Shown here: positions 17,774-26,613 of the stretch, one piece after another
Position numbering within the stretch: position 1 is the first letter of the stretch
Layout of the letters: each line of letters opens with the position of its first letter
Origin: a virus
DNA: 37,777 nucleotides
Reading direction: 5' to 3' (one strand)
Virus record (IMG/VR): IMGVR_UViG_3300024520_000027
Location: 1-37,777 of that record
Made by a program: the position numbers and the translations under genes
Notes under the pieces: model-generated
The model's input: the letters and a program-made list of their open reading frames with translations, nothing else
Database searches by the model: none
What the model was told of the DNA's origin: nothing

Positions 17774-18072
17774 TCGACGCTCTCCAGCTTCTGGACGCGC
17801 CGGTCAAGATCTTCCAGCTTGTGAGATGCGCCGGGCCACGTGCGCTCCCAGAATGCCCTCATGCGCGCATCCTGATTCTCCTGCCACTTGTAGACGCGCT
17901 CGACCTGCTCCTCAAGCCTGTCCACACTGTGGACGAGCTGAGCTACCTCGTCCTTCGGGTTGCTGGCGAGAGAGAGCCCGCCGCCTACGCCGCCACTGCC
18001 TACAAGCACAGCAATGATTAACGCCAGCGTGCGAGGGTTCAGCTCGAGCTTGATAGGTTCGCGCTCGCTCAT
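17770..18072 (-). CDS. Transmembrane plus coiled-coil protein (i-spanin-like or lysis accessory).
   Basis: Start chosen at ATG 18072 (ATGA overlap). Hydrophobic segment LALIIAVLVGSGGVGGGLSLA followed by a helical region (VDRLEEQVERVYKW..LEDLDRRVQKLE). GTGA overlap with the endolysin gene. Confidence 0.5.
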   Translation of the reverse strand: MSEREPIKLELNPRTLALIIAVLVGSGGVGGGLSLASNPKDEVAQLVHSVDRLEEQVERVYKWQENQDARMRAFWERTWPGASHKLEDLDRRVQKLESVE

Positions 18073-19847
18073 TCTGACTCCGCAATGGCGCCCCACGACC
18101 CGTAATGGAGCGTGGAGCTGCCAGAGTTGAAATCATCAGCCACGACGGCGGAGCTGTTGACGCTCCAGTCTGTTTCGTCGAATGTGACGGTTATAAGTTC
18201 GTGGCCGCTCGTGTGCGTATAGGTGACCTCGGTAGCGCCGCCAGGATCAAACGTCATACTTCCCGCGTTCGGCATGCCCCAAAAACCCAAAAGGTAACCG
18301 TTCTGACTCTGCGGTACCGGGTCAAATGTCGCGTGCATGGCCCAGCTTCGATCCATAAAGTTATCAGCAACGTCAACATTTCCTTCGTAATCCCTTTCGA
18401 CGACGAGACACTCCACGTCCACAAAACTGAAATCAGCCTGATCCGACTCCCCTTTATTGTATGACGCGCTAAGCGCGCCACCGGGCCGGTAGAAAGAATA
18501 GACAGAGTCCCCATCCGATGCCGGCGCGAACATGGTAACGCTGTTGCTCGGTGTTGTATTGTGTCGTTGCCACGAGTCGGCGCCCGAGGCCGTAAACCCC
18601 GCGACCCACTCATCGTTTGAGTTTGTAAGGGTGTGCGTGAAATCGCCGCCGCCAGTAGTGACGACCCCTAGGGCAAGAGGAAAAACTCCTGCGTCATCTC
18701 TCCAAATCCCGTGGATCATCCCCACACCGGTCGCGTTAGAGCCGACCATGCGCATATGGTACCCTTGCTGTGACTCGATGCCGCCGTCCATTGATCGATA
18801 CACCGCGTAGACGTGCGCGGTGGATGAGCCCACGCAGATATTACCGTGCACAGGGGCGGTCGTGGGGGTTTGCCACGTAAGAGGAGACGTTTGGCCACGC
18901 CCGCAGCGCATCGGAGAGTTACCGTTTCCGTTGACAGGATCCCCGGATACCGCATGGCGCGTGCCCAAAATGCGCTGGGTGTGTGTGCGGCCATAGTATG
19001 ACATCTGATGGCTAGTGGTGTCGGCGCCAAACAAGATGCCGCTATTCGCAACATACGCGCCGTCCGCAGTGGCGAAGGCGGCCGAATATGTCGGATCGTA
19101 TTTGTCGCCGGCCGTGCCGGTTGTCGTGAACGTCTCACCTAGGGTCCAGGACTGAGACGCGATGATCTGCTGCGCTGCCGCAACAACGATCACAGTATCG
19201 GACGACTCGCTATAGTATATTTTCTTTGACGTGGTCTTGGTTCCGCATCCATGGATGGTGCCCGTGTGAGTGCTCCAACACGTTGGTTTGCTCCAGAGCG
19301 GCTTGCCCGTCGTGGCATTAAATGCGAACAAGACAGAGGCGGCAGCGCGGTTCGCCGTGAACGACTCCGAAAGGTCGTCAGACGCTACGGGATCGTAGGC
19401 AGTAACTGCGGTTGTCGATAACGTGTCTATCTTTACGCCGACATGGACAAACACCTTGCTGTCTGCGGCAATCGCGCCAAGAAACTCTATCCCCTCTTCC
19501 TGATTATCCTCGATGGTGGTGCTCCACTTGACGCCGTCCACGTCATAGACGACCACCGCGATGCGATAGACAGTTGCGTGAGCCGTAAGCGTGGCGTCAT
19601 TGGTCACGCCGCCGAGCACCAGGTCGTTTCCCTTGAACTTGGCCGCGAGGAAGGCCTCACCGTTGAATGCCGGCAGCGCGCGCTCCGTCGATGGCCAGCC
19701 TGGAATAGACGGTACCGCTGCCGCAGGCTCGCCCAGGGCACCAACGCCACCGTTGATCGCGCGCCCTAGATCAGACGTGCGGAAACCCGACGCGTAGGCA
19801 GCACCTACGACGAGAAGAGCCGCCGCAAGGACGAGCGCTCTCTTCAT
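18069..19847 (-). CDS. Exported beta-rich protein (about 592 aa) with an SPase-I-type signal peptide.
   Basis: Start chosen at ATG 19847 (TAATG overlap). Begins MKRALVLAAALLVVGAAYA|SGF. The rest is T/S/G-rich and beta-like. Confidence 0.7.
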   Translation of the reverse strand: MKRALVLAAALLVVGAAYASGFRTSDLGRAINGGVGALGEPAAAVPSIPGWPSTERALPAFNGEAFLAAKFKGNDLVLGGVTNDATLTAHATVYRIAVVVYDVDGVKWSTTIEDNQEEGIEFLGAIAADSKVFVHVGVKIDTLSTTAVTAYDPVASDDLSESFTANRAAASVLFAFNATTGKPLWSKPTCWSTHTGTIHGCGTKTTSKKIYYSESSDTVIVVAAAQQIIASQSWTLGETFTTTGTAGDKYDPTYSAAFATADGAYVANSGILFGADTTSHQMSYYGRTHTQRILGTRHAVSGDPVNGNGNSPMRCGRGQTSPLTWQTPTTAPVHGNICVGSSTAHVYAVYRSMDGGIESQQGYHMRMVGSNATGVGMIHGIWRDDAGVFPLALGVVTTGGGDFTHTLTNSNDEWVAGFTASGADSWQRHNTTPSNSVTMFAPASDGDSVYSFYRPGGALSASYNKGESDQADFSFVDVECLVVERDYEGNVDVADNFMDRSWAMHATFDPVPQSQNGYLLGFWGMPNAGSMTFDPGGATEVTYTHTSGHELITVTFDETDWSVNSSAVVADDFNSGSSTLHYGSWGAIAESE

Positions 19848-20248
19848 TACGGCTGTCCGCGCCCTGCGAGGCAAACAAGAACGACGTCGCTCGCATCTTC
19901 ACGAAGACAATGAGTCGAGCCGTTAATCGCGATAGTTGAAACGATGGCCCTGGCGCAACCGCCCACCGGAAAGCACAGATCGTCATTGTCGATATTCGCA
20001 TCCCCGAGACACACACACTCCGCGCTGTCGTCAGGAGTTTCCTTTGACAGGCCGCAAGTGATCGCGTGAGGAGACCGGCTCCACGTCGCAGGATCGATAT
20101 GCGTAGCCGTAGAACCGCACGTCACCTCGAAAGCCGTCGTTTGCGGCACATACACTGCCTCAGCCTTTGGAGGCCATCCCGCCTCCGTGATACCGATACC
20201 TACGATAAAAGCCGTCACGATTGCGACGAGCCAAGTTGATCTTTTCAT
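19847..20248 (-). CDS. Small Cys-rich exported or membrane-anchored protein.
   Basis: MKRSTWLVAIVTAFIVGIGITEAG is an N-terminal hydrophobic segment. The remainder contains multiple Cys. ATGA overlap with the portal gene. Confidence 0.65.
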   Translation of the reverse strand: MKRSTWLVAIVTAFIVGIGITEAGWPPKAEAVYVPQTTAFEVTCGSTATHIDPATWSRSPHAITCGLSKETPDDSAECVCLGDANIDNDDLCFPVGGCARAIVSTIAINGSTHCLREDASDVVLVCLAGRGQP

Positions 20249-22200
20249 TGGAACGAACCTCCCTTGGGCAGAGGCGGCTGTTGCCTACTTACCTGCGCCG
20301 GAGGTGACCCTTTTGGAGGGGCCCTCTGCGGTTGAGGCTGAGGCTGCTGCTGTTGCATCTGCATCTGTTGTTGTTGTTGGAACTTACGGACTGAGGAATC
20401 CAGCATCTGAAGCGCCTGTTGCGCTTCTGGGTGAATCTCTAGAGCTGTTTGGATTTCCTCAATCATGACCGGCGCCGGAACTGACCCATCAAACTGAGGG
20501 GGTGCTCCTTGAACCACGTTTTCGATAAGCTTCTGCGCCTGAAAGCGCGCAGCAGCTTCATCACCTGTAGCGTTCAACCCAGTCTCGCGAAGCTCTGAGC
20601 CCGCCTCGAGAGGGGTGTATCCACGCTGTACATCTTCGTCGACGCCGGGAGCGGCAGACGCACGCCATCTTTCGGTGCCTGCGGTCGGCTCCAGAATCAC
20701 ATCGACACCTTCGATGTCGGATCCTTTGAAGGCTATGGCTGAAAACTGCGAGCCCATGCCGCCGATCTCGATCATCCGCTCTTGCGCAACGTATTGCTGC
20801 GCGAGCTTTAGAGTTTGGGACCATGCCCTTTTCAAACACTCGCCCATGTTGCGAGCAGCCATGGCCAGCTTCTGAGAATCGAGTTGCTTGACGTAGGCCA
20901 CAGCCTTGCCTGCGGTACCTGACTTCATCGCCTCGGCACCGGTCAGCATCTCGTTCAAGCCGAAGACGTCGAAGAGAAACTCTCGGTCCTTGTCCACGTC
21001 GGCCACGAGCGCCTGCATCGACTCGTGCGGAGGGCCAAGCCATTTGATGGAGCGCATATGCTCGCCATCGTTGACCTTGATGATCTGGTTCGCATTCTGC
21101 CATTCGTTGGCCACGTAATCGGGCGCGAGGAGCTTTACGTTCTCGCCGATCTGCCTGCGCATCTGACGCGCAAGAGAAATGCTCTCATTGATGCCGCGCT
21201 GTAGAGACACCGCGTCATCGAGATGGCTCGTTGCATGCGGAGAATCGGACTGCGGTCGAATCTTCCAGACGCACAGAGGGATCTCGCCATGCAGATACGG
21301 AAAGTCCTCGGCCGAAACCACATGCCCGCCCGCAATGACCGCATACAGGCCCTTCGGAACTCGTGGACCGGGACGATACCAGATCTCCCAAATCTCCACG
21401 CCTTCAAGCTGGATGCCGGAAGTCGTATCGAACTTCTCAAGCGCTGGGTCCTCCTTGATCCCCGCCTCGAGCAGCATGTCCTTGGCTTCGTGGTAGCCGC
21501 CACAGCGGCGAAAGCCACAGCCCATGCTATCGCGCTCGTCTTCAACGGGGTCCGTCAGATACCCAAATATGGTTACAAGGTCCCAACGCAGGTCGCCGGC
21601 GCGCTCTTCGCTCTCGACCATAACAGGCTCATCTGTTTGCGGATCGACCTGAGGAAGCCCAGTCTCCTCATCGATATGGGGCACCTTCAAAAAGGGGCCC
21701 GCGTCCGGGTCCCACGTTGGCTTGATAGCGATGGAGCCATGGCACTGAGCCAGGACCGCAGCCCGCATCATCATCGCGTCAAGGTCAATCTTCTGATGCA
21801 AATACTGAATCAGCGAGTTCGCCATCTCTGTGGCTGCCGCGTCGTATCGCGAGGGATCGGATGGCCAGCCTTTGACCGTAGGCCGGTCCTCGAGGATGCG
21901 CGCAGCATACGAAAGGACGTTGTTCGAGACGTAGTTCAAGGACACACGAGGCAGGGCATTGTCGTCGCCCCAGATTGCGTTATCGACCTTCTCATCTACG
22001 ATGTCCACGAACTGCTTGCCGTGGAAATACTTCTCGTTGAGCATGGCGCTCGGGAAGCGCTCGCGAGCGTGGGGCTCGTGATTCTTCTTCATCTCGTCAA
22101 GCAGCTCGAGCACCGTCAGCGCGTCGCGCTGGGTGCGGCCGGTCTTGATTTTGATATCGCGCCGGTCGTCTTCCGCGAACTTCTTGGAGTCGAACTGCAT
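20245..22200 (-). CDS. Portal protein.
   Basis: 651-aa ORF one small gene downstream of the large terminase. Size and position are typical of a portal. Gln-rich C-terminal tail. Confidence 0.7.
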   Translation of the reverse strand: MQFDSKKFAEDDRRDIKIKTGRTQRDALTVLELLDEMKKNHEPHARERFPSAMLNEKYFHGKQFVDIVDEKVDNAIWGDDNALPRVSLNYVSNNVLSYAARILEDRPTVKGWPSDPSRYDAAATEMANSLIQYLHQKIDLDAMMMRAAVLAQCHGSIAIKPTWDPDAGPFLKVPHIDEETGLPQVDPQTDEPVMVESEERAGDLRWDLVTIFGYLTDPVEDERDSMGCGFRRCGGYHEAKDMLLEAGIKEDPALEKFDTTSGIQLEGVEIWEIWYRPGPRVPKGLYAVIAGGHVVSAEDFPYLHGEIPLCVWKIRPQSDSPHATSHLDDAVSLQRGINESISLARQMRRQIGENVKLLAPDYVANEWQNANQIIKVNDGEHMRSIKWLGPPHESMQALVADVDKDREFLFDVFGLNEMLTGAEAMKSGTAGKAVAYVKQLDSQKLAMAARNMGECLKRAWSQTLKLAQQYVAQERMIEIGGMGSQFSAIAFKGSDIEGVDVILEPTAGTERWRASAAPGVDEDVQRGYTPLEAGSELRETGLNATGDEAAARFQAQKLIENVVQGAPPQFDGSVPAPVMIEEIQTALEIHPEAQQALQMLDSSVRKFQQQQQMQMQQQQPQPQPQRAPPKGSPPAQVSRQQPPLPKGGSFQ

Positions 22201-22203
22201 CGG

Positions 22204-22632
22204 TTAGCGCCGCATCGCCATATAAGCCTGAAGCGCCTCGAGTTGCCGCGCCTTCTCCATGTTTTGCTCTTGGTACGGATCCATATTCCGATCTGCACCG
22301 TAGTTGAGCCCGCCGCCGGCCATGCCACCAACAGCACTCCCGATGCCACCGCCGATCGCAGCAGCGGCAGGAACAGTGATGGGCGCTCCGGGGCCACCCG
22401 CGAGACCAGCGATAGCGCCGATGCCTGTGCCAATAGCACCGCCCGCCAAAGGTGCCAGACCTGCGAGCATCCTCAGAAGCTCAGACTGCTCGCGAGCGTT
22501 CTTTTCTCTTTCTGGGTCGGGGCGGCTGTTGGCGCGGCCCATGGCGTCAATAACGCCCTGGTTCCTGCCTGCAAACTTGTCGCGGTATTCATCTCGCCGG
22601 TCGTTGAATATTGGCAAAGCAACCTCCCACAT
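22204..22632 (-). CDS. Glycine-zipper-like small protein.
   Basis: GLAPLAGGAIGTGIGAIAGLAGGPGAP..AAAAIGGGIGSAVGGMAGGGL. No obvious SD, so the start is less certain. Confidence 0.55.
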   Translation of the reverse strand: MWEVALPIFNDRRDEYRDKFAGRNQGVIDAMGRANSRPDPEREKNAREQSELLRMLAGLAPLAGGAIGTGIGAIAGLAGGPGAPITVPAAAAIGGGIGSAVGGMAGGGLNYGADRNMDPYQEQNMEKARQLEALQAYMAMRR

Positions 22633-22670
22633 CAGAAGCGTATGATGCAGGGGGAGATGTCTACTCTACC

Positions 22671-24197
22671 CTAGTCTCGCCAGCTCGATCCCGACCTATC
22701 AATGCGATGGTCAAACTTGAGCCGATCGTCTCCGGGCCGCTCGGGCTCTGTATATGGCGCCGAATCGATAGCCAGCAAAGCGAAGCCACAGGCCATGAGA
22801 AGGTCCTTTTTGCCGGTGAAGCGTCCGAGGTTGTCTCGAGCGATGTCCTGGCATTCCTCAGCCAGGGCCTCAGGACCGAAGAGGGTCCCGTCCTCCACGT
22901 TCCGCTTTGAGCGCAGCAAACCAGCCATAGCATTCTGCTGCGTCGTATGGTGTTTCTGCACATGCAGTCCCCGGCGAAAGGCTTGTTGCCTTGTCGCCTC
23001 GCCAATGCCGTTGTCCTCGATAATAGCCACAGGCACGCGACGTGTATCGTGCGTGTTGTGGAGCTTTATAGGGGGCGGAATGACGGTGGTGTAGAGCTTC
23101 TGGATGCGCTCGATGATGAGCACCAGATCATCGATCCAGGCTGCGCCAGACACAAAGCTGGCGCAGATTTCCCGCGTCTTCTTGTCAAGCACGACTATGG
23201 CTGAACGGTCCTTGTCCTTGCCTGTGGCCGTATCAACCCCAATAACTACATGCCCACACGTATCCTCCAGGGTCTTGTACACCTCGATGGTGTACATATC
23301 TGTCTCGCCCTTGACCTCTTCGGTTCCCACGGGATTTGTGACCCTGGGAACGGCGCGGATGAACGCGTCTTCGGACATGATGAAGAGATGAGCTTCGATT
23401 TGCGGAAAGAGGTGAAACGCCTGGACGATATCCCCGCCACAGATCGAGTCCACAGCCCACATAAAGAAAGCGGCCGCGCTTCGGTCGGTGAATCCTTCCT
23501 TCTGGAGCTTCGTCCACTGCTCGCCTGTGATTGAGTTCGGGTCTCGCCTGTACTCGACATGGTCCTCCAGCTTGAAGAAGTGCTTGAAGAACTCGTTGTC
23601 AGTGATCCACAGAGCCTTGCAGAGCGGGTCCTTCACATCCATCGTGGTCTCGATGATGTTCTGACCTTCGTGGCTGAGAGACGGCATGATAGAGCCGTAG
23701 GCATCCGTAGCTCTCGGGATGTAGGATATCTCCGTCCAATGCAGCCGATGATAACTCAACGACGAACCTGCACGGTTGCCGCCTCCCGAGAACCACTCGA
23801 TGCTTGAGCCTCCGGGAAACCGAAGCGTGTCAGCGCCTCCACCAGAGGCGCGCTTGCGCTTGACATTTATCCCGAGCTGATTGGCAAAATCGTGACACTG
23901 ATCTTGTCGTGCTGTGGCTTTCGCGTCCGTGTCAATGATGCCCCCGCATTTGACTTTGTGCCCCTCAGCATCACACTTCAGGGCCCAAAGGACGTCAGTC
24001 CAGCAGAAAGCCGTCGACATATAGACCTGCCGAGGCTTGGCTAGATACAGCCAATCATGCTCCTCTTCCAGCTTCCAGGCATACTCTTGCTCTGCCGAGG
24101 GCACCCACGGAATCCGTGCCCCCGACACCTTGTCCGTGATCTTGATGCCCTTGGCCAGCGAAGACACGACCTCGGCCGTAAGCCGAGGGAGAGTCAT
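22671..24197 (-). CDS. terL: Terminase large subunit.
   Basis: 508 aa. N-terminal ATPase-like region (LYLAKPRQVYMSTAF) and a C-terminal RNase-H-like nuclease motif (HVVIGVDTATGKDKDRSAIVVLD). Confidence 0.85.
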   Translation of the reverse strand: MTLPRLTAEVVSSLAKGIKITDKVSGARIPWVPSAEQEYAWKLEEEHDWLYLAKPRQVYMSTAFCWTDVLWALKCDAEGHKVKCGGIIDTDAKATARQDQCHDFANQLGINVKRKRASGGGADTLRFPGGSSIEWFSGGGNRAGSSLSYHRLHWTEISYIPRATDAYGSIMPSLSHEGQNIIETTMDVKDPLCKALWITDNEFFKHFFKLEDHVEYRRDPNSITGEQWTKLQKEGFTDRSAAAFFMWAVDSICGGDIVQAFHLFPQIEAHLFIMSEDAFIRAVPRVTNPVGTEEVKGETDMYTIEVYKTLEDTCGHVVIGVDTATGKDKDRSAIVVLDKKTREICASFVSGAAWIDDLVLIIERIQKLYTTVIPPPIKLHNTHDTRRVPVAIIEDNGIGEATRQQAFRRGLHVQKHHTTQQNAMAGLLRSKRNVEDGTLFGPEALAEECQDIARDNLGRFTGKKDLLMACGFALLAIDSAPYTEPERPGDDRLKFDHRIDRSGSSWRD

Positions 24198-24514
24198 CCT
24201 CCAGACCTCGCGAGCGCGGCCCTCAACTCCTTCATGTCGCCAGGGCTGGTTCCGTCAGGATGACATTTGTCGACCCGCACCGCCCACTCAAACACTGGCC
24301 TCATGACATCCAACTTCCGGCGCATTGTCCTTACGTCCTCGAGAGATGCACTGTGTGCATAGTCGCCGGGCTTAATATCACACACCTGTGACGCGTCGAG
24401 CGCCGCGATACCGCAGCCCGCTAACCGAATACGTTCGCGCTCACACTCTTCTTCGGACGCCCTCAGCGCCGCGCGTAGGCACTTGTTTTCCACCTCAAAA
24501 TCTTCATCTTTCAC
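24194..24514 (-). CDS. Hypothetical protein.
   Basis: 106-aa ORF. GTG start. ATGA overlap with terL. Confidence 0.6.
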   Translation of the reverse strand: MKDEDFEVENKCLRAALRASEEECERERIRLAGCGIAALDASQVCDIKPGDYAHSASLEDVRTMRRKLDVMRPVFEWAVRVDKCHPDGTSPGDMKELRAALARSGG

Positions 24515-24559
24515 AGGACAAGCTCTTTTCCAGCCTCTTCGTGACGGCCCAAATACGGC

Positions 24560-24688
24560 TCATAACAGATACCTTCCGAGAGCGAACACCCCAAGACCCA
24601 AGGCGACCGTGGGCAAAATGAACCGAATTGCAAGAAAAAGGAGAGTAGTGCCAAGAATGACGATCGCAACAATGTCTTCTGCTTTCAT
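24560..24688 (-). CDS. Possible 42-aa double-hydrophobic-segment micro-protein.
   Basis: My own translation: MKAEDIVAIVILGTTLLFLAIRFILPTVALGLGVFALGRYLL*. ATGA overlap with the stop of 24685..25323. Third-position GC is lower than in neighbouring genes. Confidence 0.3.
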   Translation of the reverse strand: MKAEDIVAIVILGTTLLFLAIRFILPTVALGLGVFALGRYLL

Positions 24689-25323
24689 TTCGAAACCGCC
24701 TTCATAAGGTTGCGCTTATACGTTTCGTTAGCGTCTTCGAGGATGGCGCGCCTCTCAGTGGCGTCGATGCCGGGGTCCTCTTCGATATCACCCCTTTCCT
24801 TCAGGCGCTCAAACACCGCTTCTGTCTCTTTTATCTCGTCGATTCTGGATGTCTCTCCTTCGGCTTCAGTCTCTTCAGTCTCTTCAGTCTCTTCAGTCTC
24901 TTCTGTTTCTTCGATTCTGGATGTCTCTCCTTCGGCTTCAGGCCACCCCTTTCTAGCGTCTTCAGCATTCAACCACGCCATGATGATGTGGTTGCCCTTG
25001 ACGAGACTCAGCCTGTCTTCAGGGTTGTTGATGTCGACTCCGTCCGAAGCTGCGGAGATGTGCATCACGAGCATCCCAGGCTTCAAACCCTCTACGTCAT
25101 CCGCAACTGCTACTACCTCCTGAAACGGTGCGTCTCCGGGGTCATCATGCTGCTCTGGAAGGACGAGGCTCGACTCCCCTCCAATGATATCATAGTTCGT
25201 GATTGCTCGAAGCAACACACGACCGTTCATTGGCTTTCCCGTGCCGTTTTCAATGGCTTTCAGAATGACAGGCGAAACGCGCACGGTGCGTTCTGGCGAT
25301 AGATAATCCTTGAAACGGCTCAT
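24685..25323 (-). CDS. GroES/Cpn10-like N-terminal domain fused to an acidic ETE-repeat tail.
   Basis: NGRVLLRAI..IIGGESSLVLPEQ..FQEVVAVADDVEGLKPGMLVM..LSLVKGNHIIMAW resembles the GroES pattern. It is followed by EAEGETSRIEETEETEETEETEETEAEGETSRIDE. Confidence 0.45.
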   Translation of the reverse strand: MSRFKDYLSPERTVRVSPVILKAIENGTGKPMNGRVLLRAITNYDIIGGESSLVLPEQHDDPGDAPFQEVVAVADDVEGLKPGMLVMHISAASDGVDINNPEDRLSLVKGNHIIMAWLNAEDARKGWPEAEGETSRIEETEETEETEETEETEAEGETSRIDEIKETEAVFERLKERGDIEEDPGIDATERRAILEDANETYKRNLMKAVSK

Positions 25324-25865
25324 TTGGACATCCTTTTCTTGTTTTTCTCTTGGTCCATCTTCCGAGGCCCTTTTTTTATCTGTGCTTTTCCCTTCTTTTT
25401 CGGTGAGATTGCGAGACCGCGAAACTTGGCTATTTCGGAAACTAGGTTCTCGTTTTCTGCCCGGCGCGCGTCTACGAGTTCTTGGAGTTCGTCTGTATCG
25501 GCATCGAGTTCCGCAATTTTCTTCTCGAGATGCCTAATCTTCGCCCACCGAGAGGTGCAGAGGAGACTCAGCTCCTCAATCGCCTTGTCCTTCATATCCG
25601 GCTCTTTACTGTGGCCCATGGCATACGCCTCGATGAAGGGCGAATCCTCAGCCACCGAAAGAGCCTGTGTCGTACCTTCGGCTACAAACCCCATATTTGG
25701 GTCCCTCGCGAGCGATCGGATCGCCCTATGAACATTCCCGATATGGGTCCCAAGCTTCTCAGACAGCTCCTCTGCTGTGGCTCTTCCGTCCCTGAGCACC
25801 ATCATTCCCACAAGCTTATATGTAGGATCCATCCTCTTCTTCTCGAAATCGGCTCTTGAACACAT
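25320..25865 (-). CDS. Winged-helix DNA-binding protein with a coiled coil (small-terminase candidate).
   Basis: MarR-like segment ATAEELSEKLGTHIGNVHRAIRSLARD, then a heptad-like region and a Lys-rich tail. Lower GC by eye. Confidence 0.45.
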   Translation of the reverse strand: MCSRADFEKKRMDPTYKLVGMMVLRDGRATAEELSEKLGTHIGNVHRAIRSLARDPNMGFVAEGTTQALSVAEDSPFIEAYAMGHSKEPDMKDKAIEELSLLCTSRWAKIRHLEKKIAELDADTDELQELVDARRAENENLVSEIAKFRGLAISPKKKGKAQIKKGPRKMDQEKNKKRMSK

Positions 25866-26350
25866 CAGTTCACTTCCATTTCTGTCGCCAAGTCTTGCTT
25901 GACGCGAGACGGCAACCGTTTAAACAGCTCGTAAAGCTGGCCCGAAACGCCATCGGACCCTTTCTCCGTATCATGAAACTGCAACGCAACCCTAGCGATA
26001 GCTCCAACAGCCTGAACTTGCTGTGGCGTCCATCGCCCAGAATCCATATTCCTCAGCGCTGCATCCAGCAAACGAGGGACTGCGGTGCGATCCAGAAGCG
26101 TATGCTCCGCTGAAAGCTCCACATCCGCGTCCTTGCATCTGTCAGAGGTAGGAACGAGCCTCCCTTTGCTCTGCTTATAGTTGGAGATTGCCGCACCGCG
26201 CTTTCTCCCTGCGGTTTGAACCCTCCTTTGGTCCTTGTTCTTGCTATGGGCGATGCATCGAACCTTCCCATCATCGTCCTTTTTGCCCCATGACTTACAT
26301 GGGTCCCCTTTGACGGTGTGTGCTATGCACCTGTTTTTATACGTTGACAT
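25865..26350 (-). CDS. Basic zinc-ribbon-like DNA-binding protein; first gene of the late block (alternative small-terminase candidate).
   Basis: RCIAHTVKGDPCKSWGKKDDDGKVRCIAHSK is a duplicated C-x-A-H..G..C motif seen in N-termini of some phage DNA-binding or small-terminase-like proteins. GGGAG SD upstream. Confidence 0.45.
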   Translation of the reverse strand: MSTYKNRCIAHTVKGDPCKSWGKKDDDGKVRCIAHSKNKDQRRVQTAGRKRGAAISNYKQSKGRLVPTSDRCKDADVELSAEHTLLDRTAVPRLLDAALRNMDSGRWTPQQVQAVGAIARVALQFHDTEKGSDGVSGQLYELFKRLPSRVKQDLATEMEVN

Positions 26351-26563
26351 GCCCAGAACTCCCTACCCATAAACCATTGAACCTTATCGACGATAGAGAC
26401 CACGGTGTACCCTCCCCCGTCCTACCTAAGTCTGTATCATTATCGACGTTTAGGCACGTCTAGCGTACTGCGGGATGCACAGGGAGGATAAAAGGCAGTG
26501 GGGGGGGAGGTCCATCTCATGGACAACCCCAATAACAACCCGCATTGATTCATGGTTTTGCGT

Positions 26564-26613
26564 GCGGTCACATGTGACGGTCACACATGGGTCATGTGAC
26601 GGTCACACATTTG
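26564..26613. promoter_or_regulatory. Operator/enhancer-like array of overlapping palindromes in the divergent control region.
   Basis: 12-bp perfect palindrome GTCACATGTGAC (26567..26578). TGTGAC-G-GTCACA at 26573..26585 and 26595..26607. 18-bp direct repeat catgtgacggtcacacat at 26571..26588 and 26593..26610, giving a 22-bp period. Confidence 0.7.

Noticed and set aside
17770-18136. An embedded o-spanin (lipoprotein) gene inside the TM/coiled-coil gene next to the endolysin.
   Set aside because: The alternative-frame ORF 17912..18136 has no signal peptide or lipobox. No spanin pair can be supported.
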